Shown here: in pieces, positions 1 through 8,986 of the stretch | Position numbering within the stretch: the first letter of the stretch is position 1 | Layout: each line of letters starts with the position of its first letter | Source of the DNA: a virus | Lineage: Duplodnaviria > Caudoviricetes | Length of the DNA stretch: 64,000 nt | Reading direction: 5' to 3' (one strand) | Virus record (IMG/VR): IMGVR_UViG_3300036824_000037 | Span: 1-64,000 of that record | Program-made: the position numbers and the translations under genes | Notes under the pieces: model-generated | Database searches by the model: none | What the model was told of the DNA's origin: nothing | Seen by the model: only the letters and a program-made list of their open reading frames with translations

Positions 1-1012
1 TGCCGCCGAACACCGCGGGCTGGGTGAGCACCGCGGACGCGGGCAACTGGTTGTACTGCAGGTACAAGTTCAGGTCGGTGTCGGACTCGAAGATCGCCTT
101 CAGGGTGCCGTCGATCTCCAGGCCGCCCTGGAACACCTCGCGGGGGGTCTGCGCGCCATTGCTCGCGTGGATCGCCTCGGTCGCCCGCTTGATCGTCACG
201 TCGTAGGTCAGGCCCCGCGTACTCGCGCCGCCCGCGTTGGTCATGCTCCACTGCCAGCCCAGCATCGGCTGCACCTGGCTGAACGTGGGTGTCGGGTTGT
301 TCTGGGTCGCGCTGGGCCACCCGATCCACTTCGACGACAGGCTCAGTGCCGCCTTCGGATCGACCTTGATCGCGAGCTCCGCCAGCTTGCAGCCGGGGAA
401 CCCGCGGGTCGAGGTCGTGCCCGAGTTCACGGCCACGTCGTACTTGGACAGCGAGTAGGACACCTGCGCCGCGGTCGGCGACTGAGCGAACGTGTGCGTG
501 GACTGCGACAGCACCGACCCGCCCGCGGCGGTGTGCGCGTACTTGGTGCCCGTGCTCGGGGAGGTGACCGGCGCCGAGTACGGCCCCGCGCCCGTGACCG
601 TGCCGATCCCGACCCACTCCAAGTTCGCGCCGGCGCTGTCGGAGATCTGGATCGTCGAGTTCGACGCCACCGACGCCGTCAGCGACAGCGTCGTCGCGCC
701 CAGGATGCTGTTGCTCGCGAGTGTCGTGGATACCCCGGGCGTGACCGTGTCCGGCCCGATGATCGCGCGCAGCAGGTAGGGCAACGCGTCCGGGTAGCCC
801 AAAATGTCGAAGTCACAGTTCGACTCGCCAGGCCCCTGGTACAGGCCCTGCAGGACGGTGTCGTTGCCCCGGTAGGACTCGTCGCGGATCGGGGCGAACA
901 CGTCCGCGAACATGATGTTGGTGGAGGGGAAGTAGAACGCGGGCGCCTGGTAGGTGCCCTGCGTCGTTTCCTTGCCCGCGCCGATATAGCCCCGCCTGGA
1001 GAGAACGGTCAC
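1..1012 (-). CDS. Phage major tail (tube) protein, truncated at window edge
   Basis: Translated by hand (absent from ORF track): GTG at 1012 overlaps the upstream stop, MTVLSRRGYIGAGKETTQGTYQAPAFYFP..., open to the edge. The GxGKE.T.GT start and the position after neck genes are typical of tail tube proteins. Confidence 0.75.
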   Translation of the reverse strand, partial: MTVLSRRGYIGAGKETTQGTYQAPAFYFPSTNIMFADVFAPIRDESYRGNDTVLQGLYQGPGESNCDFDILGYPDALPYLLRAIIGPDTVTPGVSTTLASNSILGATTLSLTASVASNSTIQISDSAGANLEWVGIGTVTGAGPYSAPVTSPSTGTKYAHTAAGGSVLSQSTHTFAQSPTAAQVSYSLSKYDVAVNSGTTSTRGFPGCKLAELAIKVDPKAALSLSSKWIGWPSATQNNPTPTFSQVQPMLGWQWSMTNAGGASTRGLTYDVTIKRATEAIHASNGAQTPREVFQGGLEIDGTLKAIFESDTDLNLYLQYNQLPASAVLTQPAVFGG

Positions 1013-1278
1013 GACGGCTCACCACCCTGGGTCTTTGTCGCGGCGCTCTTGCGGGCGGTCTTGAGCGGGGCCGCCGGGGCGGTGTCACCGTCGGGATCCG
1101 CCGTGCCCTCGGGGTCCGGCTGCGCCGCGGGCGGTTCGAGGCTGGTGAAGCCGCCGAGCAGTTCCGGGAAGTCGATCTCTTCGCCTGGGCCGACCGTGAA
1201 CGGGCGTCGGTCCGGGTCCTGGTCGGTGGGCCACGCCATCACGTCCTGGACGTGGCCTGTGTCGTTGCGCTGTCGCAC
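1009..1278 (-). CDS. Small hypothetical virion-region protein
   Basis: GAGGAG RBS before GTG at 1278; stop overlaps the tail tube start (GTGA). Confidence 0.65.
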   Translation of the reverse strand: MRQRNDTGHVQDVMAWPTDQDPDRRPFTVGPGEEIDFPELLGGFTSLEPPAAQPDPEGTADPDGDTAPAAPLKTARKSAATKTQGGEPS

Positions 1279-1304
1279 GGGCGCTCCTCGGGCGCGGGGC
1301 ATGG

Positions 1305-1337
1305 AAAAGCCCCGGCCGGATGGGTCCCGGCCGGGGC
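1305..1337 (-). terminator. GC hairpin plus T-tract, probable intrinsic terminator
   Basis: Minus strand GCCCCGGCCGGGA-CCCA-TCCGGCCGGGGC-TTTT just after the stop at 1349. Confidence 0.6.
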
Positions 1338-1348
1338 TCGAAAAGGGG

Positions 1349-1876
1349 TTAATCGTTGAAGTCGAAATCGTCCGCGCTGTACGTCACCGTCGCGGCGAAG
1401 CTCGCGCCGGTCATGTACGGCAGCGGCTCGATCATCTCCACGTCGACCACCGACGGGTTCTCCGCGGCCGACATGAATTTCCCGTCATGGGTCTTGTCCG
1501 GCTGGCCGTTGAGGTTGAACGCGGTCACCCCCGGGGGTACGCCGCGGATGCGCATCACCAGGTCGTGGATCGCGGCGTCGAACGCCCGCTGGTCCGTTTC
1601 CGCGCCGCCGTTGCCGTTCGACAGCATCCACATCAGGTGCAGTTGGAACCGGTAGTGCGCGATCGAGCGGATGAAACCCTCGCGTTCGATCTGCATGCGC
1701 GGGCGCAGCACCCACATCTGGTTCTTGCGGGCGGCGGGGGTGCGCGGCACATAGGCGTTGATCAGTTGCCACTTGCCGCCTGCGGTGTCGGGCAGCAGCG
1801 GCAGCCCGTCGGCCACCGTGGTGTTCAGCCATGCGGCTTCGCGGTCCACGGCGTCGGCGGTGGTGATGAACGGCAC
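1349..1876 (-). CDS. Putative tail completion/terminator protein
   Basis: 175 aa, coding-like composition, lies between head-tail adaptor and tail tube. Function from synteny only. Confidence 0.55.
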   Translation of the reverse strand: MPFITTADAVDREAAWLNTTVADGLPLLPDTAGGKWQLINAYVPRTPAARKNQMWVLRPRMQIEREGFIRSIAHYRFQLHLMWMLSNGNGGAETDQRAFDAAIHDLVMRIRGVPPGVTAFNLNGQPDKTHDGKFMSAAENPSVVDVEMIEPLPYMTGASFAATVTYSADDFDFND

Positions 1877-1879
1877 CGG

Positions 1880-2548
1880 TCACCTCCGGCGGCGTCGGCG
1901 CTGGCGGGTGCGCCTGACCCGGTAGTTGCGGGTGCGCTGGTGGCGCACGGTGTGGCGCCGTGCCCGCTCGAGTTGGCGGCGCACCCGGTGGCGGGTGGCG
2001 TGCTGGCGCTGGTGGTAGGCGCGCCGGAACTTGGTCGAGCCCTTGCCGTATGCGGCGCGGCCCCGGGCGAGCCTGCGGCGGCGCACTGGTGCACGGTGGT
2101 GCAGGGCCCGGCGTACGGCGGCTCTGCGGGTGTGGTGTGTGGTCGGGTGTCGCCGGTTCGACGGGTGACGCTTCGAGGGATGGCGTGTCCCGGATCGGTG
2201 CGGGTGATGTCGGCCCTTGAGGCGTGCCGCGATCTTTCGGCGGGTTGCGGCGGACATCTTGTGGTGTTTACCGCGCAGGCGTTTCGACAGGAGGGCGCGC
2301 TGCTTCGCGGACAGGTGCCGGTGTTTGCCGCGCAGCCGCTTGGACAGCGCGGACTTCTGGGCGGCGGTGAGCTTATGGCCCTTGTGATGCCTGCCGCGCA
2401 GTCGCGCGGACAAGTGTGCCTTCTGCGCCTTGGACAGATGCCGATGGCGGCCGCGCAGCCGCGCCGACAGCTTCGCCCGCGCCGCCGCTGACATCGTGTG
2501 CCCACGGTGGTGCACGCCTTTACGCGATGCGCGCCGACCCCAGGCCAC
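1880..2548 (-). CDS. Extremely basic Arg/His/Lys-rich protein with about five NUMOD3-like repeats
   Basis: 222 aa with one acidic residue; repeats such as HxxSxxxRxxLSxRLRG; 3-nt gaps to both neighbouring genes. Confidence 0.75.
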   Translation of the reverse strand: MAWGRRASRKGVHHRGHTMSAAARAKLSARLRGRHRHLSKAQKAHLSARLRGRHHKGHKLTAAQKSALSKRLRGKHRHLSAKQRALLSKRLRGKHHKMSAATRRKIAARLKGRHHPHRSGTRHPSKRHPSNRRHPTTHHTRRAAVRRALHHRAPVRRRRLARGRAAYGKGSTKFRRAYHQRQHATRHRVRRQLERARRHTVRHQRTRNYRVRRTRQRRRRRR

Positions 2549-2551
2549 GTG

Positions 2552-3214
2552 CTACGCCCGCATGTACGCGTCGAGGATATCGGCGGCCTTCGCCTCAAGC
2601 TCCAACGGGTCATGGCCGTGCGACATCATCGGATCCAACTCCGCGATCGCGATCGACGCCACCATGTACTTGCACGCGCGCACCAGGTCCGCCGGGACCG
2701 TGGAATATCCGCCGTTGTACGTCGTCACGATCGTCGTGCCCGGCGGCACGAACGTTCCCAGCTGGAACCGCACATGCCCGGTGTCCGGCTCGTACTGCAG
2801 CGTCGAGGGCGCCACCGTCTGCGTCCCGGAGAACGAGCGCAGCAATTCCACCGAGGTCAGCGACCCGGACCAGAACTCCGCAAACCGCGGCGGGTACGCG
2901 CGCACCCAGTAGTGGCGCACCAGCATCGTGCTGCCGAGCGACTGCGCCCGCGAGAACCCCAGCTGGCTGGTGGGGTCCAGTGGGATGTATGCGTCGAGCG
3001 CGTCCTCCACGTCGAGCGCCTCGGCGCGCTGCGTCTCAACCAGGTTCGTGAACGGCGCGAGCCGCCGGTCCGCGAGCGACTCACACAGCCGTGTCGCCTC
3101 GATCAGCAGGTCCGCCTGCGTGGTGGTCGAGGTGTAGCCCTTGAGCAGGTCGGCGAACGCGCCCTCAGTGACCTGGCCCCAGGTGACCAAAGGGGTTCCG
3201 CTGTCGCCGGCCAC
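2552..3214 (-). CDS. Head-tail connector/adaptor protein
   Basis: C-terminal YNGGYSTVPADLVRAC matches the gp6-like adaptor motif; downstream of capsid. Confidence 0.75.
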   Translation of the reverse strand: MAGDSGTPLVTWGQVTEGAFADLLKGYTSTTTQADLLIEATRLCESLADRRLAPFTNLVETQRAEALDVEDALDAYIPLDPTSQLGFSRAQSLGSTMLVRHYWVRAYPPRFAEFWSGSLTSVELLRSFSGTQTVAPSTLQYEPDTGHVRFQLGTFVPPGTTIVTTYNGGYSTVPADLVRACKYMVASIAIAELDPMMSHGHDPLELEAKAADILDAYMRA

Positions 3215-3220
3215 AGCGGG

Positions 3221-3499
3221 CTACTCGGACACGGGCGTCTTGGCCGCCGCCTTCGACGCGGACGCCTTCTTCGACGCGGCCGCCGCTCCGGCGTCCTTCG
3301 ACGCGCCCCCGGATTCCTTGTTGGGCTCCTGCGCGGGCTCTGGTTCCGGCGCGGGCACCGAGACGAACCCGCCGTCGGGGATCTCCAGCAGCGCCTGCGC
3401 GAGGACGTCGTCGACTTCGACGACGTCCTCGGTGGTGCTCCACTCGAGCCCCCCGGGCGCGGAGCCCGGGACGCCCTTGGTCTTTCGCAGCCACGCCAT
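3221..3499 (-). CDS. Small hypothetical protein after capsid
   Basis: MAWLRKTKG... preceded by GGAGG; low-complexity C-terminus. Confidence 0.6.
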   Translation of the reverse strand: MAWLRKTKGVPGSAPGGLEWSTTEDVVEVDDVLAQALLEIPDGGFVSVPAPEPEPAQEPNKESGGASKDAGAAAASKKASASKAAAKTPVSE

Positions 3500-3547
3500 C
3501 GGCGGGCCTCCCATCGGGGTGATAGTGATATGCGGGACGGGGGCGCC

Positions 3548-3575
3548 GCCCCGGCCGGATGGGTCCCGGCCGGGG
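3548..3575 (-). terminator. Hairpin after capsid gene, identical to 1309-1336
   Basis: 28-bp exact copy, but without a T-tract. Confidence 0.5.
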
Positions 3576-3584
3576 AACGGCGGC

Positions 3585-4943
3585 CTACACCAGCGAGACC
3601 GTGCGCGCCAGACGCCCGACGTACTTCGCGCCGCGGCAGCCGAGCACCGTGTCCGTGACCGCCGCGAACGGCAGCACGTCCGGGCTGCTCGTGGTGGGCG
3701 CCAGCGGGATGATCTGCATGTCGCGGGTGTACGGGCGGATCAGGAAGTTCGGGTCGCGCGGCACGAGGTAGATGTCCTCCATGCCGGCGCCGCGCGCCTT
3801 GGCCCCGGTGTTGCCGCCCACATACGCGGCGGGCCCGGTGTTGCCGGACGAGTTCGTCAGCAGGTTCGTGCCGGTGTCGATGATCGACGTGGTGGCGACG
3901 CCGGTGGTGTCGAACGCGTCCACGACCCCGATCAGCGCCTCGTTGCCGGACGAGGTCGAGCGGTACACCTTGTACAGGATCGGCGCGGCGCCGTCGGGCA
4001 TGTTCGCGGGCGTGGAGAAGCTGAGCGTCACCGTGGAGGTCGAGCCGCTCGTGACCTGGGAGACCTCGGTGGAGCACTGGATCTCGCCGAACCGGGCGAT
4101 CACCGCGGACACCTGGTAGGAGTAGGTGGCCGCCGCGAGGGTGCCGCCGGTGGTAGCGGTGCCCGTGGTGACCGCGCCCATCTGGTTGCTGCGCGGCGCG
4201 AGGAAGCTCGACTCGAGCATCGGCACGTTGCGGTAGGAGGGCACGACCAGGCCCGCCGCGACCTCGACCTCGCCCATGAACCGCTGCTGCGCCGTGAGGG
4301 TCTGGCTCACGGACCCGAGCAGCGCCGGGGACATGATGAACATCCAGTTCGGGTTGGACGTGGGCATGCCCGCGTTCGCCGCGACCATCGCCATGATCTG
4401 GTCGAGGTTCTTCAGCGCGAAGTTCGCGCCGCCCAGGTCGATCGAGTTGGTGTACGCGTTGGACCCGGTACCCGCGGTGAAGTTGCTGACCAGGTAGTCC
4501 AGGCCGGAGCAGATCGGGTACTGGCCGTTCTTGGTGGCCGGGTCCGAGCCCCAGATGAACGCGGTCTCGATCGCCCACAGCATCGACTGCACGGTGCCGT
4601 CGATCTCGAGCTGGCGCAGGTCACCGACCAAATCCCTTGTGACCGTCTGGGCGAAGCCCGTGACGGCGCCGACGGCTTGAAACAGCTTGATATCAAACTG
4701 CGCCTGCTCGTAGGTGCTGTTGCCGATCGGGCGGGCGCCGCCGTCGACGACACCGCCGGCGTCCGGGCGGGACACGCGACGGTTGAAGAAGTACGTGGTC
4801 GAACCCCACTGCTTGCTCGGGATCGCGGCGAGCAGCGGCGCGAACCTGCGCTGGTATTCGAGCAGCAGCGGGTCGATCTGCTTCTGGATCAGGGGGGAGA
4901 CCGACGTTGCGGCGGTCAGGGCTTCCTCGAGCTCGGTCGGCAT
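3585..4943 (-). CDS. Major capsid protein with inserted beta-rich domain
   Basis: Start MPTELEEAL after GAAAGGCGAGG; ~450 aa; follows protease/scaffold; capsid-like segments (AVGAVTGFAQ, AIETAFIWG, GLDYLV). Confidence 0.85.
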   Translation of the reverse strand: MPTELEEALTAATSVSPLIQKQIDPLLLEYQRRFAPLLAAIPSKQWGSTTYFFNRRVSRPDAGGVVDGGARPIGNSTYEQAQFDIKLFQAVGAVTGFAQTVTRDLVGDLRQLEIDGTVQSMLWAIETAFIWGSDPATKNGQYPICSGLDYLVSNFTAGTGSNAYTNSIDLGGANFALKNLDQIMAMVAANAGMPTSNPNWMFIMSPALLGSVSQTLTAQQRFMGEVEVAAGLVVPSYRNVPMLESSFLAPRSNQMGAVTTGTATTGGTLAAATYSYQVSAVIARFGEIQCSTEVSQVTSGSTSTVTLSFSTPANMPDGAAPILYKVYRSTSSGNEALIGVVDAFDTTGVATTSIIDTGTNLLTNSSGNTGPAAYVGGNTGAKARGAGMEDIYLVPRDPNFLIRPYTRDMQIIPLAPTTSSPDVLPFAAVTDTVLGCRGAKYVGRLARTVSLV

Positions 4944-5071
4944 CGCGGCCTCGCCTTTCTGTGGGCATGGCAAAGGCCCCGCGCGGCGTCGTGCCGGGCG
5001 GGGCCTATGGCCGGTGAAGAGGTTGCGGGTCGGGGCCCCTCACCGGGGCCGGGTGGCGGTGGCCGTGACGG

Positions 5072-6937
5072 TCAGGCGCCGACCTTGCCGATGTCGCCGA
5101 GCAGGATGTCGGCGCGGTTGTCCCAGATCTCGGTGTCGGTCATGGGCTTGTCGCCGTGGTCGGATTCGGTCGTGCGGTGCCCCTTGCGCGGGGGCAGCCC
5201 GTATTCGCTGACGATGCTGTCGCGCAGCGCCGGGATCGCGGCCTTCAGCGCCTCGGCGACGGTCGCGGCGAGGTCGGCCTTGGTGACCGCCTCGACGGCC
5301 GGGGTCGCGGGGGCGGCCTCCTGTGTGGGTGCGGCGGCTGGAGCCGGGCTGGGCTCGGCAGTGGCCTGCTGGGTCGGCGCGGACTCGGTGGCCGGGGCCG
5401 GGCGCAGCGCCGCGATCAGGGCGGTGAACTGCTCGTTCTGCTGGCGCATCAGCGCGGCGAACTGCTCCGCCGTGACGCCGACGGCCGGGGCGGGTGTGGG
5501 AGTGGCCGCCTCGGCGGCCGGAGTGACGGTCTCGCTCACGGCGGACTCCTCTACTGGGGGTGGGGATGCGGGCGCCTGGGTCGGCGCCGGGGTCACGTAG
5601 CCGCTCGCTTCGGCGGGGACGGACAGTTCGGGTCCGTATTCGGCGCCGATCGCGGCGCCCGGGGGTGACACTGCTGCGGATTCGCCACGGGGCGCGGAGC
5701 CGCACACCTCACAGCCGCACACGCATGGGCACCCGGGACCGCCGGCCATCTCGTCGGGTACCGCGCACCCGCACCCGCACGGGCAGCCGGAGCCGGGAGC
5801 GGGGCACTCGTCATCGCCGGTGGCGTCCTCGATGTCGTCGCCCTCGCCCGCCTCGCTGTCGTCGCCCGGGTCGCCGGGCACGTCGATGTCGGCGTCCATG
5901 TCCGGGTCCAGGGCGCCGAGCGCGTCCAGCGCAGCCACGATCGCCGCGGTCGCGACGGCGCGCAGGCCCGACGGGTCGATCGACGGCGCGCGCAGCGTGA
6001 GGGACACGGGGCCGTTGTAGGCGTCGATCGCGAACCCGGCGCGGCCCTCGGGGCCGTCGTAGCACTCGCGGATCTCCCCGAACCGGGTCGCGGGCGCCGA
6101 CTCCTTGAGTGAGCCGTCCGCGTTCCAGTTGTCAGGGATCATCCCGGTCAGGCCGAGGGCCTTGGCGCGGTCGATGACGTGTGCCCGGATCTTGTCGTGG
6201 TCGGCGCCGCCGCGGCCGACGGCGCGGATCGCGCGGCGCAGGTCCGCCTTGTTCTTGATCGTGTAGGCGGGTTCGCCGTCGGCGTTCTTCATCGCCTGCC
6301 CGGCCTTGAGGGCGTCGCGCTTCTGCGCCGCGGTGTACTCCAGGGCGGGCGCCGCATCGGGGGCCGCGATGGTGTCGGTCTCGGCCACGCGGGCCTCCCA
6401 GGTCTCGGAGATAGGGCTGCGGCCGGGGGTGTGGGCGGCCGACTCGGAGGGCCGCGAGCCCTTCGGCGGGTCGATCAGGGCCGTGACGACGCCCGGGGAG
6501 GCGGTGAAGTCGATGAAGTCGATCTCCAGGTCGTCGGCCGTGACGACCTGCTCGCCCCCGTGCTCTACCTTGCGCTCGCCGATGAACCAGCCGTGGATGC
6601 TGACCGATCGCAGGGCGGGAGGGCCGCCGTCGTCGGGGTAGACCAGTTCGGCGATGTCCCGCGCGGGTGCGGTGTCGTACCAGCGGGCATCGAAGGTCGC
6701 GGACCCGTCCGCCTCCTGCTTTACGGCCACGATCCGACCCGTGATCAGCCTCGAGTCGTCTCCCGCGCCGTGCGATGTCCGCATCACGATCGGCAGGCCG
6801 TCGGGGTCGGCGATGCGCGCCTGCATCCGCGCGACCGCCTTGCCGATCATCTCCTTCGAGTAGAGTCGCCGATTCAGAGACACCCCGGGGCGCAGGAACG
6901 TACCGGAGAGCGGCTTCTTCGTGATCGCCGTGGCCAT
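5072..6937 (-). CDS. Capsid maturation protease/scaffold fusion
   Basis: N-terminal PGVSLNRRLYS...H...SVSIHG...IDFTASPGV prohead-protease pattern; Ala/Pro-rich scaffold-like C-terminus. Confidence 0.75.
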   Translation of the reverse strand: MATAITKKPLSGTFLRPGVSLNRRLYSKEMIGKAVARMQARIADPDGLPIVMRTSHGAGDDSRLITGRIVAVKQEADGSATFDARWYDTAPARDIAELVYPDDGGPPALRSVSIHGWFIGERKVEHGGEQVVTADDLEIDFIDFTASPGVVTALIDPPKGSRPSESAAHTPGRSPISETWEARVAETDTIAAPDAAPALEYTAAQKRDALKAGQAMKNADGEPAYTIKNKADLRRAIRAVGRGGADHDKIRAHVIDRAKALGLTGMIPDNWNADGSLKESAPATRFGEIRECYDGPEGRAGFAIDAYNGPVSLTLRAPSIDPSGLRAVATAAIVAALDALGALDPDMDADIDVPGDPGDDSEAGEGDDIEDATGDDECPAPGSGCPCGCGCAVPDEMAGGPGCPCVCGCEVCGSAPRGESAAVSPPGAAIGAEYGPELSVPAEASGYVTPAPTQAPASPPPVEESAVSETVTPAAEAATPTPAPAVGVTAEQFAALMRQQNEQFTALIAALRPAPATESAPTQQATAEPSPAPAAAPTQEAAPATPAVEAVTKADLAATVAEALKAAIPALRDSIVSEYGLPPRKGHRTTESDHGDKPMTDTEIWDNRADILLGDIGKVGA

Positions 6938-6941
6938 CGCG

Positions 6942-7319
6942 TCACCGCCCGATCAGGGTGATGCAGGACTGCGGGAACTTCGGCGTCGTACCACCGAGGG
7001 TCCAGGTGACCTGGCACTGGCTCGGCAGCACCAGGGACCCGGTGCCGGCGACGTGCACACCGGCGGACGCGGAGGCCTTCGTGGTGCTCGCGGTCAGTTG
7101 CGTCAGGGTCAGCGCGGCGGGGAACACGTTGCCGAACGCGTCGAGGATGTCGAGCTGCACGCTGAGCGTCGGGGTGGTGCCGGTGGGCGTGCCGACGACG
7201 AACGCCGCGAGCCACAGGTCGGTCACATCGTGGGTGTCGATGGTGCCCGAGTTGGATCCTGCTCCGGATGCGTCGAACTGCTTTTGGAAGATGATGCGGC
7301 CGTACGGGGAATACGCCAT
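6942..7319 (-). CDS. Hypothetical beta-rich virion protein
   Basis: 125 aa Thr/Gly-rich, GGAGG RBS, in the head module. Confidence 0.65.
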   Translation of the reverse strand: MAYSPYGRIIFQKQFDASGAGSNSGTIDTHDVTDLWLAAFVVGTPTGTTPTLSVQLDILDAFGNVFPAALTLTQLTASTTKASASAGVHVAGTGSLVLPSQCQVTWTLGGTTPKFPQSCITLIGR

Positions 7320-7352
7320 CGCCGCCTCCGTCCGCTCGAAGGTGGGGCGGCG

Positions 7353-8861
7353 TCAGGCCGCGGTCAGGTATCTGTCATACGAGTCGGGCAGCGACCAGTC
7401 CGAGGCGAGCGCACACCGGCAGCGCGCGTGCGTGGGAATCTCCGGGGTATCGGCGAGCAGATACGGCGACCCGGCCTCATTTGCCTCGCACGCTGCGCAC
7501 ACTCTCGAGTCGGATGCGGTCAGCACCGAGACGTAGGCGACGCCCTCGCTGGCGTAGAGGGCGAGGGCGCCCTGGCTCAGCGCGGTCGACAGCGCCCAGT
7601 CAGTGATGAACGCCACCGCGTCGCCGTCCACGCCGTCGAGCACAGCACCGGCCGCGTCGAGCATGTCCAGGTAAGAGGCGCCGTCCGCGGCGAGCTGACC
7701 GAGTGCACGCCCGAGTTCATCGGCAGCGCGGCCGATCATGCGCCCGAGCCAGCCGTCGGCGTCCGCCCACAACTGGCCGAGGTTGGCGAGCGCGTCGTAG
7801 GCGTCGGCGAACGCCAGGTCAAAGTCGATGCCGATCTTCCCGGCTCCCTGCCCGGCCAGGGCGATCGCCCCGGCGGCGCCTTCGGCGCGCCCGGAGCGCA
7901 GTGCGTCGCGCATCGCGTCGCGCAGCCGCTGCCATGCCCGGCCAGCGGGCAGCCAGGCGAGCAGGGTTAGAGCAGCGTCGCGGGCCGCCTTCTTGGCGCG
8001 GGCGAGCAGCGCCGGGTCGGCGGCCTCGGTGACGCCGAGGCTGGTGCGCAGGTGCTTGACCATCGCGCCGATGTCGAGTGCTGCGACAGCGTCGCGCCAG
8101 GCGGCGAGCATGACCGCGCCGTGCTTCGCGATCAGTGCGTCGCGGCGCTGGTAGATCTGCGCCCACAGTCCTTCGAGCGCGCCGAGCTTCAGGGTCGCTT
8201 CGAGGATCCCGGGGTCGTGCATGTGTTCGCACGCCATGCGTACGGCCGCGACGCAGCCGGCTTTGACCCGGTCGGTCATGGGTCCGCCGGTGCGCGCCCA
8301 CCCGGTGGCGTATGCCTCGCGGGCGAGGTCGGCGAGCGGATGTGCGGCGGGGGCTCGGGTCTCGGCCCTGGTTGCGAGCGGGACGTCGATGCGGGTGGTG
8401 CCGTGCTCGACGGACAGCGCGCCGACCAGGAAGCTCAGGGGCGCGAGCCGCCCGGTGGTGTCCGGCTCGCTGGCGTCAATGTAGGCCCTGGACAGGTGGG
8501 CTGTGAATCCGTGCTCGCGCGGGATGTCCACGCCGTGTTCCGTCAGGGCATCCAGGGCGGCGCGGCGCAGGTCTTCGAGTTCGGGTGCGTCGATGAGGGC
8601 GATGAGAACGTCCTGGTCGCCGCCGGTGAACCGGGCGGATCCCGCGACGGTGGCGGTGAATGGGCCGACCGACCGGGCTGCGTCTGCGGCGGCGGCGATC
8701 AGGTCGCGGACGTCGACGTCGGCCGCTTGCCCCGTGTAGGCGATGGTGACGTGAAGCGAGTCGGGGCTCAGTCCACCGGGCAGCGCGAGGGCCGCCGCGA
8801 TGTCCGGCGGCGGGTAGAGGGCCAGCATGCAGGAGTCGGAATAGTCGGGCTGATCGGACAC
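7353..8861 (-). CDS. 2H phosphoesterase (2'-5' RNA ligase/Acb1-like) fused to MuF-like minor head domain
   Basis: LHVTIAY and AHLSRAY HxT/S motifs at the N-terminus; TASDSRVCAAC...PTHARCRC MuF motif at the C-terminus; directly after portal. Confidence 0.8.
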   Translation of the reverse strand: MSDQPDYSDSCMLALYPPPDIAAALALPGGLSPDSLHVTIAYTGQAADVDVRDLIAAAADAARSVGPFTATVAGSARFTGGDQDVLIALIDAPELEDLRRAALDALTEHGVDIPREHGFTAHLSRAYIDASEPDTTGRLAPLSFLVGALSVEHGTTRIDVPLATRAETRAPAAHPLADLAREAYATGWARTGGPMTDRVKAGCVAAVRMACEHMHDPGILEATLKLGALEGLWAQIYQRRDALIAKHGAVMLAAWRDAVAALDIGAMVKHLRTSLGVTEAADPALLARAKKAARDAALTLLAWLPAGRAWQRLRDAMRDALRSGRAEGAAGAIALAGQGAGKIGIDFDLAFADAYDALANLGQLWADADGWLGRMIGRAADELGRALGQLAADGASYLDMLDAAGAVLDGVDGDAVAFITDWALSTALSQGALALYASEGVAYVSVLTASDSRVCAACEANEAGSPYLLADTPEIPTHARCRCALASDWSLPDSYDRYLTAA

Positions 8862-8986
8862 GGCGCCCCCCGACTCCCGAGCGGGCGTCAGCGACTCACC
8901 GGCTCACCCGATCTGCTTGGAGACCAGCGGCAGAACGTCCTGGGCACGGGTGGGATGTCCCTGATTCGGCACTGCGGCACCTCCCC

